A stretch of 63,992 bases of DNA, the filler included, from Gemmatimonadota bacterium (GTDB lineage: Bacteria > 4572-55 > J002), in NCBI GenBank assembly GCA_003697105.1. It is 6 parts of 6 records of this genome, joined end to end, with 100 filler letters (N's around TTAATTAATTAA, not from the genome) between each part and the next. Parts side by side here need not be neighbours in the genome. Positions count along the whole stretch, not along the records: positions 49,200 to 59,781 come from RFFQ01000195.1; 5 more parts are not named here. One strand, 5' to 3'. The first letter of the stretch is position 1, and each line of letters starts with the position of its first letter. Made by a program: the position numbers and the translations under genes. The notes beneath the pieces are model-generated. The model saw nothing but the letters and a program-made list of their open reading frames with translations, had not been told where the DNA came from and made no database searches. Below are positions 49,601-59,590 of the stretch, piece by piece.

Positions 49601-51236
49601 GCCCCTGGCAGTGGAGCAGGAGCGTACGATTGAAGATGACCTATTTGCACCTGAACCAGATGTTCCGGAATCGAGAGAAGATAGGGTCGCAGAGGGCGGA
49701 GCAACGCCACCTTCGTTTGAAGATGCATTACTGTCAGCGGAAGAATCAACGGCAGAACCGGTTTCGGAGCCCACAGATACCTATCAGGCTGAAATTGATG
49801 CTGAATATGAGGCGTATGAACCGGTCGAACAACGGGCAGAAGACGAGATGGTTGATGATGGTTACAGTATCCCCGACGACGATATTGTCGATGTCGAGGA
49901 AGCTATCCATGAGGCCGAAAGTGTGGTACAACATCATTATGCCGAGGATATTCCTTTGGTGATGGCTGACACCGTGCCTGACGCGGATACCGCTGTTGAA
50001 GAAGAAATCGATGTGAGTACCGTTGATACCAGTGACATCGAAATGGGGCTTGAGACGGCGGTTGTTGATGTGGGCTTGCTCGAAGAAATGATTGCATCAA
50101 GTACCCAAATGGTGCTTGCTCAAGTGCATCTGGATAAAAATTTGGGACATTTAACACAGTTAGTGGATTCGCTTATGCGTGTACATGCCGGGATGATGGC
50201 TAGCATTGACCCGGCAACGCTTCCATCCCCCAAGGGTAGCGGTGAATCGGATATGCCAAGCGATATTTTTACGCAAACCCATCTTGCCGCAGACATACCA
50301 CACCAACTCTGGCAAGATGCCGGACATTTGGGTGAATTTTTGAATCAACTGCAGCGTGTTTCAACCGCCGTTCGGACAAATATTAACGAGTTAAACCGTA
50401 CTTCTGCTGAGATCATCAAGCAGTTGCAGCATATTCATAGTACCACTTTATACGATGTCTTTGAATCTTGTGAAAAGTTAGTGGCGGCCCAAGCTTCAGC
50501 GGCCGGAAAAGACGTTCAAGTATCGATTAAAAAGACCGGTATTGTGATCGATAAAACCCTCGCCGCCGATCTGAAATCTATTTTTGAACCTTTACTCAAA
50601 ATTATGGTCGCTGATATTGAATCCCTAGAAGAACGAGAGGCACGAGAGAAGTCGCTCATTGGTGAGATTACTTTTTCCGCGTGGACCGAACATGGGCAAA
50701 CGATAATCCAACTTCAGTCGGATGGCGGGGGTAATCTTCAAGACGATATCGGAGGTTGGCGTGACTATCTCGCGGTCCGGTTAGATGGACTTTTGGAAGT
50801 TGAGGTTATGCCGGAAGAAGGACTGGTTTTTCAGATGCGGATACCAAATCATCACGAGGTTGTTCCCGCCTTATTTGTGAAAATTGGGCAACATCTTTAT
50901 GTTTTTCCAGTGGCGAAGGTGGAAGGATGGCTAAAATTACCCGTTGCAGACCTAAATACCCATGACAACCATCACTATTTCACTTTCCGCGATCAAGAAA
51001 TACCACTCATTGAACTCTCAGCGGCTAAATCCACAGAAAAAACGGAACTCTCTGTTCTGATTTTTACGGATTCAACCGGTACCCTGGGTTTTGCTGTAGA
51101 CCAGATTTTGGGAGAACGGGAAGTCATTATCGAGCGCATTAGCCAGTTACAAAATCAGGAATTTATGGTTATCAATGCCTCGTTAGTGCAAGAACCGGAT
51201 GCACGGATGATCATCGATTATCACCATCTGGTATGA
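49200..51236 (+). CDS. CheA/ChpA-like protein fragment with acidic repeats, degenerate HATPase and CheW domain (5'-truncated)
   Basis: AGKDVQV..IDK..IESLEEREAREKSLIGEITFSAW..QSDGGG, followed by a CheW-like LGFAVDQILGEREVII. Confidence 0.72.
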   Translation: MESEQPALEDEFLAAESEQPALEDEFLTAEAEQPALEDEFFEAEPAPPVEAAQPALEDDFFEAEPAPPVESEQPALEDEFLAAESEQPALEDEFFEAEPAPPVESEQPALEDEFLAVESEQPALEDEFLAAESEPLAVEQERTIEDDLFAPEPDVPESREDRVAEGGATPPSFEDALLSAEESTAEPVSEPTDTYQAEIDAEYEAYEPVEQRAEDEMVDDGYSIPDDDIVDVEEAIHEAESVVQHHYAEDIPLVMADTVPDADTAVEEEIDVSTVDTSDIEMGLETAVVDVGLLEEMIASSTQMVLAQVHLDKNLGHLTQLVDSLMRVHAGMMASIDPATLPSPKGSGESDMPSDIFTQTHLAADIPHQLWQDAGHLGEFLNQLQRVSTAVRTNINELNRTSAEIIKQLQHIHSTTLYDVFESCEKLVAAQASAAGKDVQVSIKKTGIVIDKTLAADLKSIFEPLLKIMVADIESLEEREAREKSLIGEITFSAWTEHGQTIIQLQSDGGGNLQDDIGGWRDYLAVRLDGLLEVEVMPEEGLVFQMRIPNHHEVVPALFVKIGQHLYVFPVAKVEGWLKLPVADLNTHDNHHYFTFRDQEIPLIELSAAKSTEKTELSVLIFTDSTGTLGFAVDQILGEREVIIERISQLQNQEFMVINASLVQEPDARMIIDYHHLV

Positions 51237-51263
51237 GAAACCCCCGTTCATAAACGGATGGAC

Positions 51264-51298
51264 AAGACGGTAGAGATTGAATCTACCGTCTTTTTTTT
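51264..51298 (+). terminator. Intrinsic terminator
   Basis: AAGACGGTAGA/TCTACCGTCTT stem followed by a T-run. Confidence 0.8.
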
Positions 51299-51409
51299 GT
51301 CCGAATTCCAATTGACATTTTTTCACCGGCGTATTATGGTTTGGCAGTTGTGGCGACCAACGATTGTTGGTTGGCTCTTGTTTCCGCCCATTTACGTGAG
51401 GATATGGCT

Positions 51410-52063
51410 ATGATTCCCATCATTACGCCCGAAATTGAGCACTACCTTAACCGCCTTCAACCCACCACAGACCCGGTGTTGCAGGCAATGGAAGCGTATG
51501 CCGCCGATATTCAGTTTCCCATTATTGGACCCCACGTCGGGCGATTATTGCACTTGCTGGCAAAGCTGAGTAATGCCCGTAAGATTTTAGAACTCGGGTC
51601 TGGGTTTGGTTACTCGGCGTATTGGTTGGCGCAAGCTATCCCCGCCGGTGGGGTTATTTATTGTACCGAGTTTGACCCTCAAAATCGGGAACGTGCCTAT
51701 ACCTATCTGCAATCTGCGGGATTATCTAGTAAAGTCCGTTACTATACCGGCGATGCGCTGGAATGGATCGAGCAACTCGAAGAAACTGAATTTGATATGA
51801 TCGTGAACGATGTTGACAAAGAAGATTATCCCCGTGTTATCGAAAAAGCCTTACCAAAATTGCGCCTCGGAGGGCTATTAATTACCGATAATGTCCTCTG
51901 GAAAGGACAGGTCATTCAGGAGCCGCCCCCGGATACCAAAACCCAAAATGTCCAAATTTATCTCCAGCAAGCACTGCATCACCCAGATTTGACCACCGTA
52001 ATCCTGCCCATTCGGGATGGCGTGGCGATTAGCATGAAAACAGGATCGGGAAAGGCTCCATGA
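51410..52063 (+). CDS. SAM-dependent O-methyltransferase (class I, CCoAOMT/YrrM-like)
   Basis: ILELGSGFGYS, DVDKEDY, GGLLITDNVLW, PIRDGV; a candidate TTGACA-N17-TATGGT promoter at 51312-51340. Confidence 0.88.
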   Translation: MIPIITPEIEHYLNRLQPTTDPVLQAMEAYAADIQFPIIGPHVGRLLHLLAKLSNARKILELGSGFGYSAYWLAQAIPAGGVIYCTEFDPQNRERAYTYLQSAGLSSKVRYYTGDALEWIEQLEETEFDMIVNDVDKEDYPRVIEKALPKLRLGGLLITDNVLWKGQVIQEPPPDTKTQNVQIYLQQALHHPDLTTVILPIRDGVAISMKTGSGKAP

Positions 52064-52500
52064 CAGTTGAAATCCCCCCAATAACCGCATTAAAATCAAT
52101 TAAACAACTTCTTAGGGATGCCGGATTGCCCTATGAAGATTTAACCCCATTGCACCTAGACCATTTTTTTGTGGCGGGCGAAAATGGTGCAATTCTGGGC
52201 ACGGTTGGTTTAGAAATTTGCGATACACACCACGCGCTTTTACGCTCTTTGGTGGTTTCACCCGGCGCGCGCGAGCGTGGGTTGGGTACTCAACTGGTCA
52301 ATACCGTCGAACAGTATGCTAGGCGTAAAGGAATCTCTTACGTGTTTTTGCTCACGACCACGGCAAGTGCCTTTTTTGCCAAACACGGATATGCGCTCAT
52401 TCCTCGTGAAGATGCGCCAGATGCCGTGCAACAGACGGCAGAATTTAAGAATATTTGCCCTTCAAGTGCCAGATGTATGTTCAAGCGGCTGGACTCATGA
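52060..52500 (+). CDS. arsN2: ArsN2-like GNAT N-acetyltransferase
   Basis: ALLRSLVV..RERGLG..LLTTTA..FF..EF..CPSSA pattern. Confidence 0.75.
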   Translation: MTVEIPPITALKSIKQLLRDAGLPYEDLTPLHLDHFFVAGENGAILGTVGLEICDTHHALLRSLVVSPGARERGLGTQLVNTVEQYARRKGISYVFLLTTTASAFFAKHGYALIPREDAPDAVQQTAEFKNICPSSARCMFKRLDS

Positions 52501-54083
52501 ATCGACTCTGGATAATTATCCTCGTATTGCTGTTTTCGACACCGGGGGACGCCCAACTTCGTACAGAAGCGATTGAAGCCTATAATGAAGCCGTCCCATT
52601 GCTAAATGGCGGGCAGTGTGACCGGGCTGTGGCACTCCTTCGCAAAGCGGTGCGGCTGGCGCCCGAGGAAGTGACCTTTCGCCGCGGCTTGGCAATATGC
52701 CTGATGGAAACCGGCCAACACGAAGCGGCATTGCAGGAATTTAGGCGGGTGGTGGAAGCTGACCCAGATGATCACGAGGCATTTTACCAGATCGGTTACA
52801 TTTATTCGGAAATTTTTCAAGATTTAGAACAGGCGCTACCCTATTATGAACGAGCCGCCCAACTCCAGCCGGTATCTACCATCTACCAAAAAACGTTGGG
52901 CCTCACCTACGAGCGTTTGGGGCAACTGGACAACGCCCGTCGGGTGTACGAAGATGCGTCTCGTCGCCAGAATGCGGATGAGTGGGTTGAGAAGCGGTTA
53001 AGTGCAAATCAACCGGCGGCGTACCGGGTGAAATACCGCCTTTTTTTGTCAAACAACGGGCGGTCAGACGTTCGCAAACTCCACTTGTGGGTGTCGGTGG
53101 CGCGTGATTTTCCACCCCACCAAGCGACAGAATTCGTTGCGGTTCACCCACCGGTTACCCAATTGGTGCAGGATTCGGTTGGGAATCCACTTGCTTATTT
53201 TGCCTTTGAAGATGTACCTTCCGGTTGGAAACAGACGGTAGAGTTTGATTACCGAGTGCAGATCAACCCCACGATGTACCATTTACAACCCGGAATGGTG
53301 TATTTAGCGGATTATGACCGCACGAAGCGACAAATTTCCCATTATTGCCAACCGGAACGGTTTGTAGAAGTCGATCATCCGCAAATACAAGCCAAAATGC
53401 GGGAACTGACAAGAACTTCCGGCAGTGATGCCATCCGTGCCATGCGGGAAATTTATGATTTTGTCCGGCTAAATCTCCCCTACACCATTGCCGAACGGAC
53501 TCACGGGGCGTTGTATGCCCTCAGTGGCGGCTCGGAGACGGATTGCAGTGAATTCAGCGCCCTTTTTACGGCATTAAGCCGCGCATACGGAGTGCCAACG
53601 CGGCAGGTGCACGGGTATTTGCACCAACCGGATGCCGCTGAAAACACGGCTCATGCGTGGGCGGAAATCTACTTACCCAAAGGGCAATGGGTGCCCATTG
53701 ACCCCACCTCCGGGCGGGATAGCCCAGAGCAGTTTTTTGGCAATATCAACAGTATTCAGATCGGGATGTGGACTCCCTCCCGTCTGTTGGAAGGGCATGA
53801 TCACTGGCTGATTTCGGAATATCGGGAAGACCAATCGATGCCGGAGATCGATTCTGATGTGGATTATCAGATTGAGGTGATCCCGCTCTGGCGCAATGCG
53901 GATCGCCCGGTTCCGGAAAGCTCTCTTGATCTACCGGTAGTGACCTCTTTAGAGGAGGTCATGCAGATTTCACCCTTTGAAAAACGTTCCGCTGTAACCC
54001 CGCTAACATTGATTTTTCTGGGGATTGCCTTTGTGCCCATGTTGGTGGTGGTTGCCCTTAAATTCAAGCAGGAATCATGGTAA
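52497..54083 (+). CDS. Exported TPR plus transglutaminase-like protein with C-terminal membrane anchor
   Basis: Signal peptide (ATGA overlap at 52497), TPRs, Cys-His-Asp triad (DCSEF, HAWAE, IDPT), C-terminal TM. Confidence 0.82.
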   Translation: MNRLWIIILVLLFSTPGDAQLRTEAIEAYNEAVPLLNGGQCDRAVALLRKAVRLAPEEVTFRRGLAICLMETGQHEAALQEFRRVVEADPDDHEAFYQIGYIYSEIFQDLEQALPYYERAAQLQPVSTIYQKTLGLTYERLGQLDNARRVYEDASRRQNADEWVEKRLSANQPAAYRVKYRLFLSNNGRSDVRKLHLWVSVARDFPPHQATEFVAVHPPVTQLVQDSVGNPLAYFAFEDVPSGWKQTVEFDYRVQINPTMYHLQPGMVYLADYDRTKRQISHYCQPERFVEVDHPQIQAKMRELTRTSGSDAIRAMREIYDFVRLNLPYTIAERTHGALYALSGGSETDCSEFSALFTALSRAYGVPTRQVHGYLHQPDAAENTAHAWAEIYLPKGQWVPIDPTSGRDSPEQFFGNINSIQIGMWTPSRLLEGHDHWLISEYREDQSMPEIDSDVDYQIEVIPLWRNADRPVPESSLDLPVVTSLEEVMQISPFEKRSAVTPLTLIFLGIAFVPMLVVVALKFKQESW

Positions 54084-54266
54084 ATGAGCCTCGATGACCT
54101 CTATCACAAAGCCGGAGAGTGTGTGCGCGAGCGCAACTACGCGGAAGCCCTTTCCTATTTGGAATACGCGCTCAGCCAATATCCCGATGATGCCAAAACC
54201 CAGATTTTGGTGGAAATTTTACGGCTCAAACGAATGTGTGAGGAGTTTTTAGCCCGTGAAGTCTGA
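54084..54266 (+). CDS. Small single-TPR-like protein
   Basis: Start abuts the previous stop; AGECVRERNYAEALSYLEYALSQYPDD is TPR-like. Confidence 0.6.
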   Translation: MSLDDLYHKAGECVRERNYAEALSYLEYALSQYPDDAKTQILVEILRLKRMCEEFLAREV

Positions 54267-54423
54267 TCCAACATCCCCTTCCGAACAAAACCGCTGGCAT
54301 CGCTGGGAAGAATTACATGACTGGCGAGCCAAATATCGCCGTCGCCGCTCCCCCATTATCATTTTGGGTCTGCTGATTTTGGTGCTGGTGTTGATGTGGC
54401 GGTTTGCCCATTACGGTATGTAA
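54256..54423 (+). CDS. 55-aa single-pass membrane protein (below the ORF-track cutoff)
   Basis: AGGAG RBS, GTG start; MKSDPT...YRRRRSPIIILGLLILVLVLMWRFAHYGM*; fills the gap in the operon. Confidence 0.6.
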   Translation: MKSDPTSPSEQNRWHRWEELHDWRAKYRRRRSPIIILGLLILVLVLMWRFAHYGM

Positions 54424-54437
54424 GGCATGAGGTGCTT

Positions 54438-56390
54438 ATGAAAAAATGGATGATGTTATTGTGGCTGAGTGGTATCTTTAGTATGTTAGCCAGCGCCAGC
54501 CCGGCGCGCCCAGTGGTCTATTTTCTACCCGGTGTGTTTGATAGTACCGTCGTGGAAATGCGGATTGAGGCAATGCGCTTCATGGGGGTGACAATGGAAA
54601 ATCTCGGTAAAATAGATTCCGAATGGCAGACGACCCGCCTGCCGCAAACGGATATTTCCGACGAAATTCAAGGTTACCTGATCGAGACTCGCACCCAGTG
54701 GGCAAGTCCCCTCCACCAAACGGAGATGAAAAATCGCTTGTTGGGGTATCTACCGGTGGCGGATTATCTGGTGTATCTCGAGATGGACCAACCGGACCCC
54801 AATTACCGCTGGATTTACGTGGTGATCTTCCCGTTGCGGGGCAGTAACACTCCCATTGTGCTCGAACGCGAACAGTACCGCGTGGATGATCATCTTGCTG
54901 AAAATATCGATGCGGCGGCGAATCGAGCGGCGCACAAAATATATAACAAGGTGCAGGAACTTACCCGTACCGCTTTTCGGGAGGAAAACAAGCGGCAAGT
55001 GGTGTTTGTGGTAGATGAGTCCGAAACGATGAAAACAAATGACCCGGATCGCATCCGTGCCGATGTGATCGATTTTATCATCGCCAATGTTCTGCATGAG
55101 TTTGATGAGGTGGGGCTGGTCGGCTTTAACTCCTTCAAAGAAACACGAACGATCCTGCCCTTAACGCCGGTGGAAACTTTGCGGAAACGCCAAAAATGGC
55201 CTGCCCAACAGATTCAAAATCAGCGGCGAGGGGGTAAATTTACGAATTTATATGCCGGATTACAACAGGCAGACCAACTATTTCAGGCAACCCCCCCAGC
55301 GGCGTGTCAGGTGGTCATTTTGCTCTCGGATGGTATTACCCGCCAGCAAAACGGTGACTCGGAACTGGATATTGCCGGTCTCAAGCGGCTTAAAAAAGTT
55401 AATGGAGTGGAACTCGGACGCACGGAAAAAGAGATTCATACGGCGGTGTATGACCAACTATTGCCACGATTGTTAGCCAATTTTCGGGAACGTGGCGTTC
55501 AACTGCACACGATCACCTTCGCCAAAGAAAGCGGGCGAGGGTTTACCTACATGGAAGAACTCGACCGTCTTCCCGATGGCATCAACGATGCCCTGATTTT
55601 AACGACGCGGTTTGATAGTCTCTATGCGGAAATTTTAACCCAAACGCTAAACCCCCAACGGTGCCGTCCGGGGGTGCATTCCCAATATCAGTATGAATCG
55701 ATCCAGCTTCAACGGGGCAAAAATTACATTAAATACCTGGATGTCAGCCGTGATCCGGCGGATTTGCGCACCGATGTGTTTTTTAGTGAAAAAGTTGATT
55801 TTAGCGATGGCAAGCCGGAGGTGATTTTATACACTCCCGATAATCGTATCTACCACAAAACGAGTGCGGGGCTTGGCAAGCGGAGCAGTATCTCCTTTTT
55901 CGTGCCGCAGGATAGTATTGCCAAATATGCAGCGGTGCCCGGTCGCTGGCGGATTGAAATCACACAAGTGGACGTAAATGTGGGGGCGGTTGTTGGGTTT
56001 GAATGGCTTTCGCGCCGGTCTGCCCCCCTATTGCTCTCCGCGTGGATTGACCCGGAAACGAACGAATGGTTTTTTGAGACCAATGACGTTCAAGCCATGA
56101 TGCAAATTGTACAGGACTTTCTCAATTCACTCCAGTTCCAAAACTGGACGGGTAAAATGACGGTGCGCGGCACAGAAACCACCATTCAAGCAGGTGGTAT
56201 TGAGGATACGCAGGCGGTAGAAATCACCGTTGAAAAAGAGACGCCCGAATCCGAACCGGTTATTACCCGCACGATTCCTGCCGAATCCCCTCCGAAAAAA
56301 TTCCCGTGGTGGTGGGTGATTTTGGGTATTGTTTTGGTGACCGGCGTTGCAACCGGTGCGTATTTCCGGTGGCGAAAACGGACGTATTAG
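54438..56390 (+). CDS. Membrane-anchored vWA-domain protein
   Basis: Signal peptide, MIDAS-like VVDESETM, TNL..GL, ILLSDG; C-terminal TM followed by RWRKR. Confidence 0.8.
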   Translation: MKKWMMLLWLSGIFSMLASASPARPVVYFLPGVFDSTVVEMRIEAMRFMGVTMENLGKIDSEWQTTRLPQTDISDEIQGYLIETRTQWASPLHQTEMKNRLLGYLPVADYLVYLEMDQPDPNYRWIYVVIFPLRGSNTPIVLEREQYRVDDHLAENIDAAANRAAHKIYNKVQELTRTAFREENKRQVVFVVDESETMKTNDPDRIRADVIDFIIANVLHEFDEVGLVGFNSFKETRTILPLTPVETLRKRQKWPAQQIQNQRRGGKFTNLYAGLQQADQLFQATPPAACQVVILLSDGITRQQNGDSELDIAGLKRLKKVNGVELGRTEKEIHTAVYDQLLPRLLANFRERGVQLHTITFAKESGRGFTYMEELDRLPDGINDALILTTRFDSLYAEILTQTLNPQRCRPGVHSQYQYESIQLQRGKNYIKYLDVSRDPADLRTDVFFSEKVDFSDGKPEVILYTPDNRIYHKTSAGLGKRSSISFFVPQDSIAKYAAVPGRWRIEITQVDVNVGAVVGFEWLSRRSAPLLLSAWIDPETNEWFFETNDVQAMMQIVQDFLNSLQFQNWTGKMTVRGTETTIQAGGIEDTQAVEITVEKETPESEPVITRTIPAESPPKKFPWWWVILGIVLVTGVATGAYFRWRKRTY

Positions 56391-56505
56391 CGGCAGAATC
56401 CCGGGTAGCCGGTACGGATGTTGGGGGGAAGTTGCCGGAAACCCCTCTGAATTTTGATAAATGAACCGAGATTTTTCACTTTGAGTGCAAGGAGTATTCT
56501 TTAAT

Positions 56506-59500
56506 ATGAAAACCGCAAATCAAATCCGGCAGGATTTTTTAGATTTTTTTGCTTCCAAAGACCATACGATTGTGCCCAGTGCTCCGGTGGTGCCCCACGG
56601 AGACCCTACGTTGTTGTTTACCAACGCCGGTATGAATCAATTTAAAGATGTCTTTTTAGGACAGGGAACGCGTCGTTATACGCGAGCGGCGGACACCCAA
56701 AAATGTATCCGAGTTTCCGGCAAACACAACGATCTGGAAGAAGTTGGGCGGGATGGTTACCATCACACCTTTTTTGAGATGTTGGGTAACTGGAGTTTTG
56801 GGGATTACTACAAAAAAGAAGCCATCGAGTGGGCATGGGAACTCCTGACCGAGGTTTGGAAATTACCCAAAGACCGGTTGTTTGCCACCGTTTACAGGGA
56901 TGACGATGAGGCATTTGAACTCTGGAAGACCTGTACAGACATTGGCGAAGATCGTATTTTGCGGTTTGGGGAAAAAGATAACTTTTGGGAGATGGGTGAC
57001 ACCGGTCCCTGTGGTCCCTGTTCCGAAATTCATTATGACCGTACCCCAGATAAATCCGGTAAATCGCTGGTCAATGCGGGTGTGCCGGAGGTCATGGAAA
57101 TCTGGAATCTGGTCTTTATCCAATACAACCGGGAAGCAGACGGCTCGTTAAAAGAACTGCCGGCGAAACATGTGGATACGGGTATGGGTTTTGAGCGTAT
57201 CGTGGCGGTTCTTCAAAACAAAACCTCCAATTATGACACCGATATTTTTACGCCGATTATCGCGAAAATTGCGGAAATCGCCGGAGTGCCGTACTATCCG
57301 GATGAACGGGGCATCCCCCATCAGGTGATTGCCGACCATATCCGCATGATTACGTTTTCCATCGCGGATGGCGCGCTACCCTCCAACGTCGGGCGCGGCT
57401 ATGTCATCCGCCGGATTTTGCGCCGGGCGGCGCGTTTCGGACGCAAACTGAATTTGCATGAACCGTTTTTGTACCAAATTGTCGATACCCTCGTCGAGAA
57501 TTACGGGCACATGTTCCCTGAACTGATCGAACAACAAGACCATGTCAAGCGTGTCATTGAAGCAGAAGAGACCAGCTTTAATCGCACTTTGGATCGCGGG
57601 ATTCAGCTATTTGAGCAGGAGACTGAAGGTATTTCCAAACTGGCGGCGATAGACCGGGATATTCTGAGCCGGATGGAAGCCAATGCTGTTGCCGGCGAGG
57701 AACAGTATCGCCAAATGTTGCGTACTCTTCAACACCCTCTTGAGACCCATGCGCAGGCATTTGCCATGTGGTTGGATGAACTGAATGAGGTGTACCATCA
57801 GCAACTAAAATTGCTAGAACAAACACTGGATGAACTCAAGCAAGCACATCGATTACACGAAACCACCTGCCAACCCTTCATGGAGTATGTGGCAAATACC
57901 GCCCGCGTTTTTGAGCGGAATTTGGAACGGGGTAGCGAACAGATCGAATCCTACGGCAAAGTGGAAGACCTAGACCCCCAAAACGCGGAGCGTAATCTTG
58001 CGGTGCTGTTGGATGCCTTGCGTGACATTTTTCAAAGTGATGATCCGCTAGCGACCAATGGCTTTAAACGCGCGCTACAGTACCATCTCCAACAGGATTA
58101 TATTATCCCCGGCGAGGTGGTTTTCCGTTTATACGACACCTATGGTTTCCCTGTGGATATGACCCGCCAAATGGCGGAAGAGCGTGGCTTGCAGATCGAT
58201 GAAAAAGGGTTTGAACAGGAGATGGCGGCGGCAAAAGCACGTTCCCGGGCAACAACCACCTTCAAAGTGAACTTATCCCAAGATGATAGCGATTGGATTC
58301 CCGTCGTGGCCGTGGATGAGATCGAATTCTTGGGCTATGAAGAGACCGAAGCGGATGCCCACATTGTTAAATATCGCTTTGAAGGTGACCAGATTCAATT
58401 TGTGTTGGATCGAACTCCGTTTTATGCGGAATCTGGGGGACAGGTGGGCGATACCGGACGGGTTTATAACTCTGATTTTTCGATCCGGGTCGAAGATACT
58501 CAAAAAATTAAAGGGCAGATTGTTCACATTGGAACCCTCCAACACGGGGAAATTACCGATAATCTGGCACGGGCAGTCATTGATAAAGACCGGCGGGCAG
58601 CAATCCGGCGTAATCACACCGCGACCCATCTGTTACATAAAGCGCTACGGGATGCGCTGGGTACGCATGTTCAACAAAAGGGATCGTTAGTTGCACCAGA
58701 CCGGTTGCGGTTCGATATTTCCCATTATGAGGCGATTGATGAGGCGACCTTACACAAGGTAGAATCGCATATCAATCAGAAAATCCTACAAAATATTCCG
58801 GTAGAGACCCACATCAAACCGCTGGAAGAGGCGCAAGCGATGGGGGCGATGGCGCTTTTCGGGGAAAAATATGATGAGATGGTACGGGTCGTTCAAATTG
58901 CGGATTATTCCTTGGAGCTTTGTGGCGGAACGCACTGCCGGGCTACCGGCGACATCGGGTTATGCAAGATTGTGAACGAGAGCAGTATCAGTGCTGGGGT
59001 GCGGCGGATCGAAGCCGTTACCGGTGAGGGTGCCCTTGCCGATATGGTAGAAAAAGAACACATTTTACAAACCGTAGCGCATACCTTGAAATGCGCGATC
59101 CCGGAAGTGCCGCTCCGTGTGAATGATTTGCAAAACAAAATCAAAGCATTGCAAAAAGAAAATGAAGAACTGCAACAACAAGCTATCCGGGGGAAAATCG
59201 CGAATATCCTTGATGATGTTACAGAAGTAAACGGTGTACGTGTTCTGGCGACGCAACTGGACGGGGCGGATGGCGACGCCCTGAAATCCCTTTGTGATGA
59301 ATTGCGTCCCAAATTAGGTCGTGGGATCGCGGTACTTGGCTCTGTGCTAGGTGGCAAAGTGGTGCTGGTGGTCATGGTCACGGATGATTTGGTAAAAACA
59401 GGTGTCAAAGCGGGGGACATTATCAAACCGATTGCCAAAATCGTGGGTGGGGGCGGCGGCGGTCGTCCAAATCTTGCCCAAGCGGGTGGTAAAAATCCGG

Positions 59501-59562
59501 AAAAGTTGGGTGAAGCGATTCAACAAGTACCGGAGATTGTGGAAACGTTTTTGCCACAATGA
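56506..59562 (+). CDS. alaS: Alanine--tRNA ligase with a large internal insertion
   Basis: DPTLLFTNAGM, HHTFFEMLGN, DTGMGFER, LYDTYGFP, TPFYAESGGQVGD, NHTATHLLH, ELCGGTH, GGGGGRP. Confidence 0.96.
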   Translation: MKTANQIRQDFLDFFASKDHTIVPSAPVVPHGDPTLLFTNAGMNQFKDVFLGQGTRRYTRAADTQKCIRVSGKHNDLEEVGRDGYHHTFFEMLGNWSFGDYYKKEAIEWAWELLTEVWKLPKDRLFATVYRDDDEAFELWKTCTDIGEDRILRFGEKDNFWEMGDTGPCGPCSEIHYDRTPDKSGKSLVNAGVPEVMEIWNLVFIQYNREADGSLKELPAKHVDTGMGFERIVAVLQNKTSNYDTDIFTPIIAKIAEIAGVPYYPDERGIPHQVIADHIRMITFSIADGALPSNVGRGYVIRRILRRAARFGRKLNLHEPFLYQIVDTLVENYGHMFPELIEQQDHVKRVIEAEETSFNRTLDRGIQLFEQETEGISKLAAIDRDILSRMEANAVAGEEQYRQMLRTLQHPLETHAQAFAMWLDELNEVYHQQLKLLEQTLDELKQAHRLHETTCQPFMEYVANTARVFERNLERGSEQIESYGKVEDLDPQNAERNLAVLLDALRDIFQSDDPLATNGFKRALQYHLQQDYIIPGEVVFRLYDTYGFPVDMTRQMAEERGLQIDEKGFEQEMAAAKARSRATTTFKVNLSQDDSDWIPVVAVDEIEFLGYEETEADAHIVKYRFEGDQIQFVLDRTPFYAESGGQVGDTGRVYNSDFSIRVEDTQKIKGQIVHIGTLQHGEITDNLARAVIDKDRRAAIRRNHTATHLLHKALRDALGTHVQQKGSLVAPDRLRFDISHYEAIDEATLHKVESHINQKILQNIPVETHIKPLEEAQAMGAMALFGEKYDEMVRVVQIADYSLELCGGTHCRATGDIGLCKIVNESSISAGVRRIEAVTGEGALADMVEKEHILQTVAHTLKCAIPEVPLRVNDLQNKIKALQKENEELQQQAIRGKIANILDDVTEVNGVRVLATQLDGADGDALKSLCDELRPKLGRGIAVLGSVLGGKVVLVVMVTDDLVKTGVKAGDIIKPIAKIVGGGGGGRPNLAQAGGKNPEKLGEAIQQVPEIVETFLPQ

Positions 59563-59590
59563 ATTTGCCCCGTGCGCATCGAACAAAATT

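Noticed and set aside
49144-49962. Long Ser/Ala-, Pro- and Arg-rich ORFs in alternative frames
   Set aside because: Shadows of the coding tandem repeat; only the acidic + frame continues into recognisable domains.
51264-51298. GTAGA...TCTAC hairpin as another REP copy
   Set aside because: It shares only five terminal bases with the REP, and its position and T-tail fit an ordinary terminator.
52060-52500. Arsenic resistance operon
   Set aside because: The ArsN2-like gene is alone, with no arsR, arsC, acr3 or arsB nearby.
56391-56505. T-box leader upstream of alaS
   Set aside because: Only ~115 nt, with no T-box consensus or terminator visible.
57625-58100. AlaRS insertion as an intein
   Set aside because: No N-terminal Cys/Ser splice block, no His-Asn followed by Cys/Ser/Thr, and no LAGLIDADG motif.
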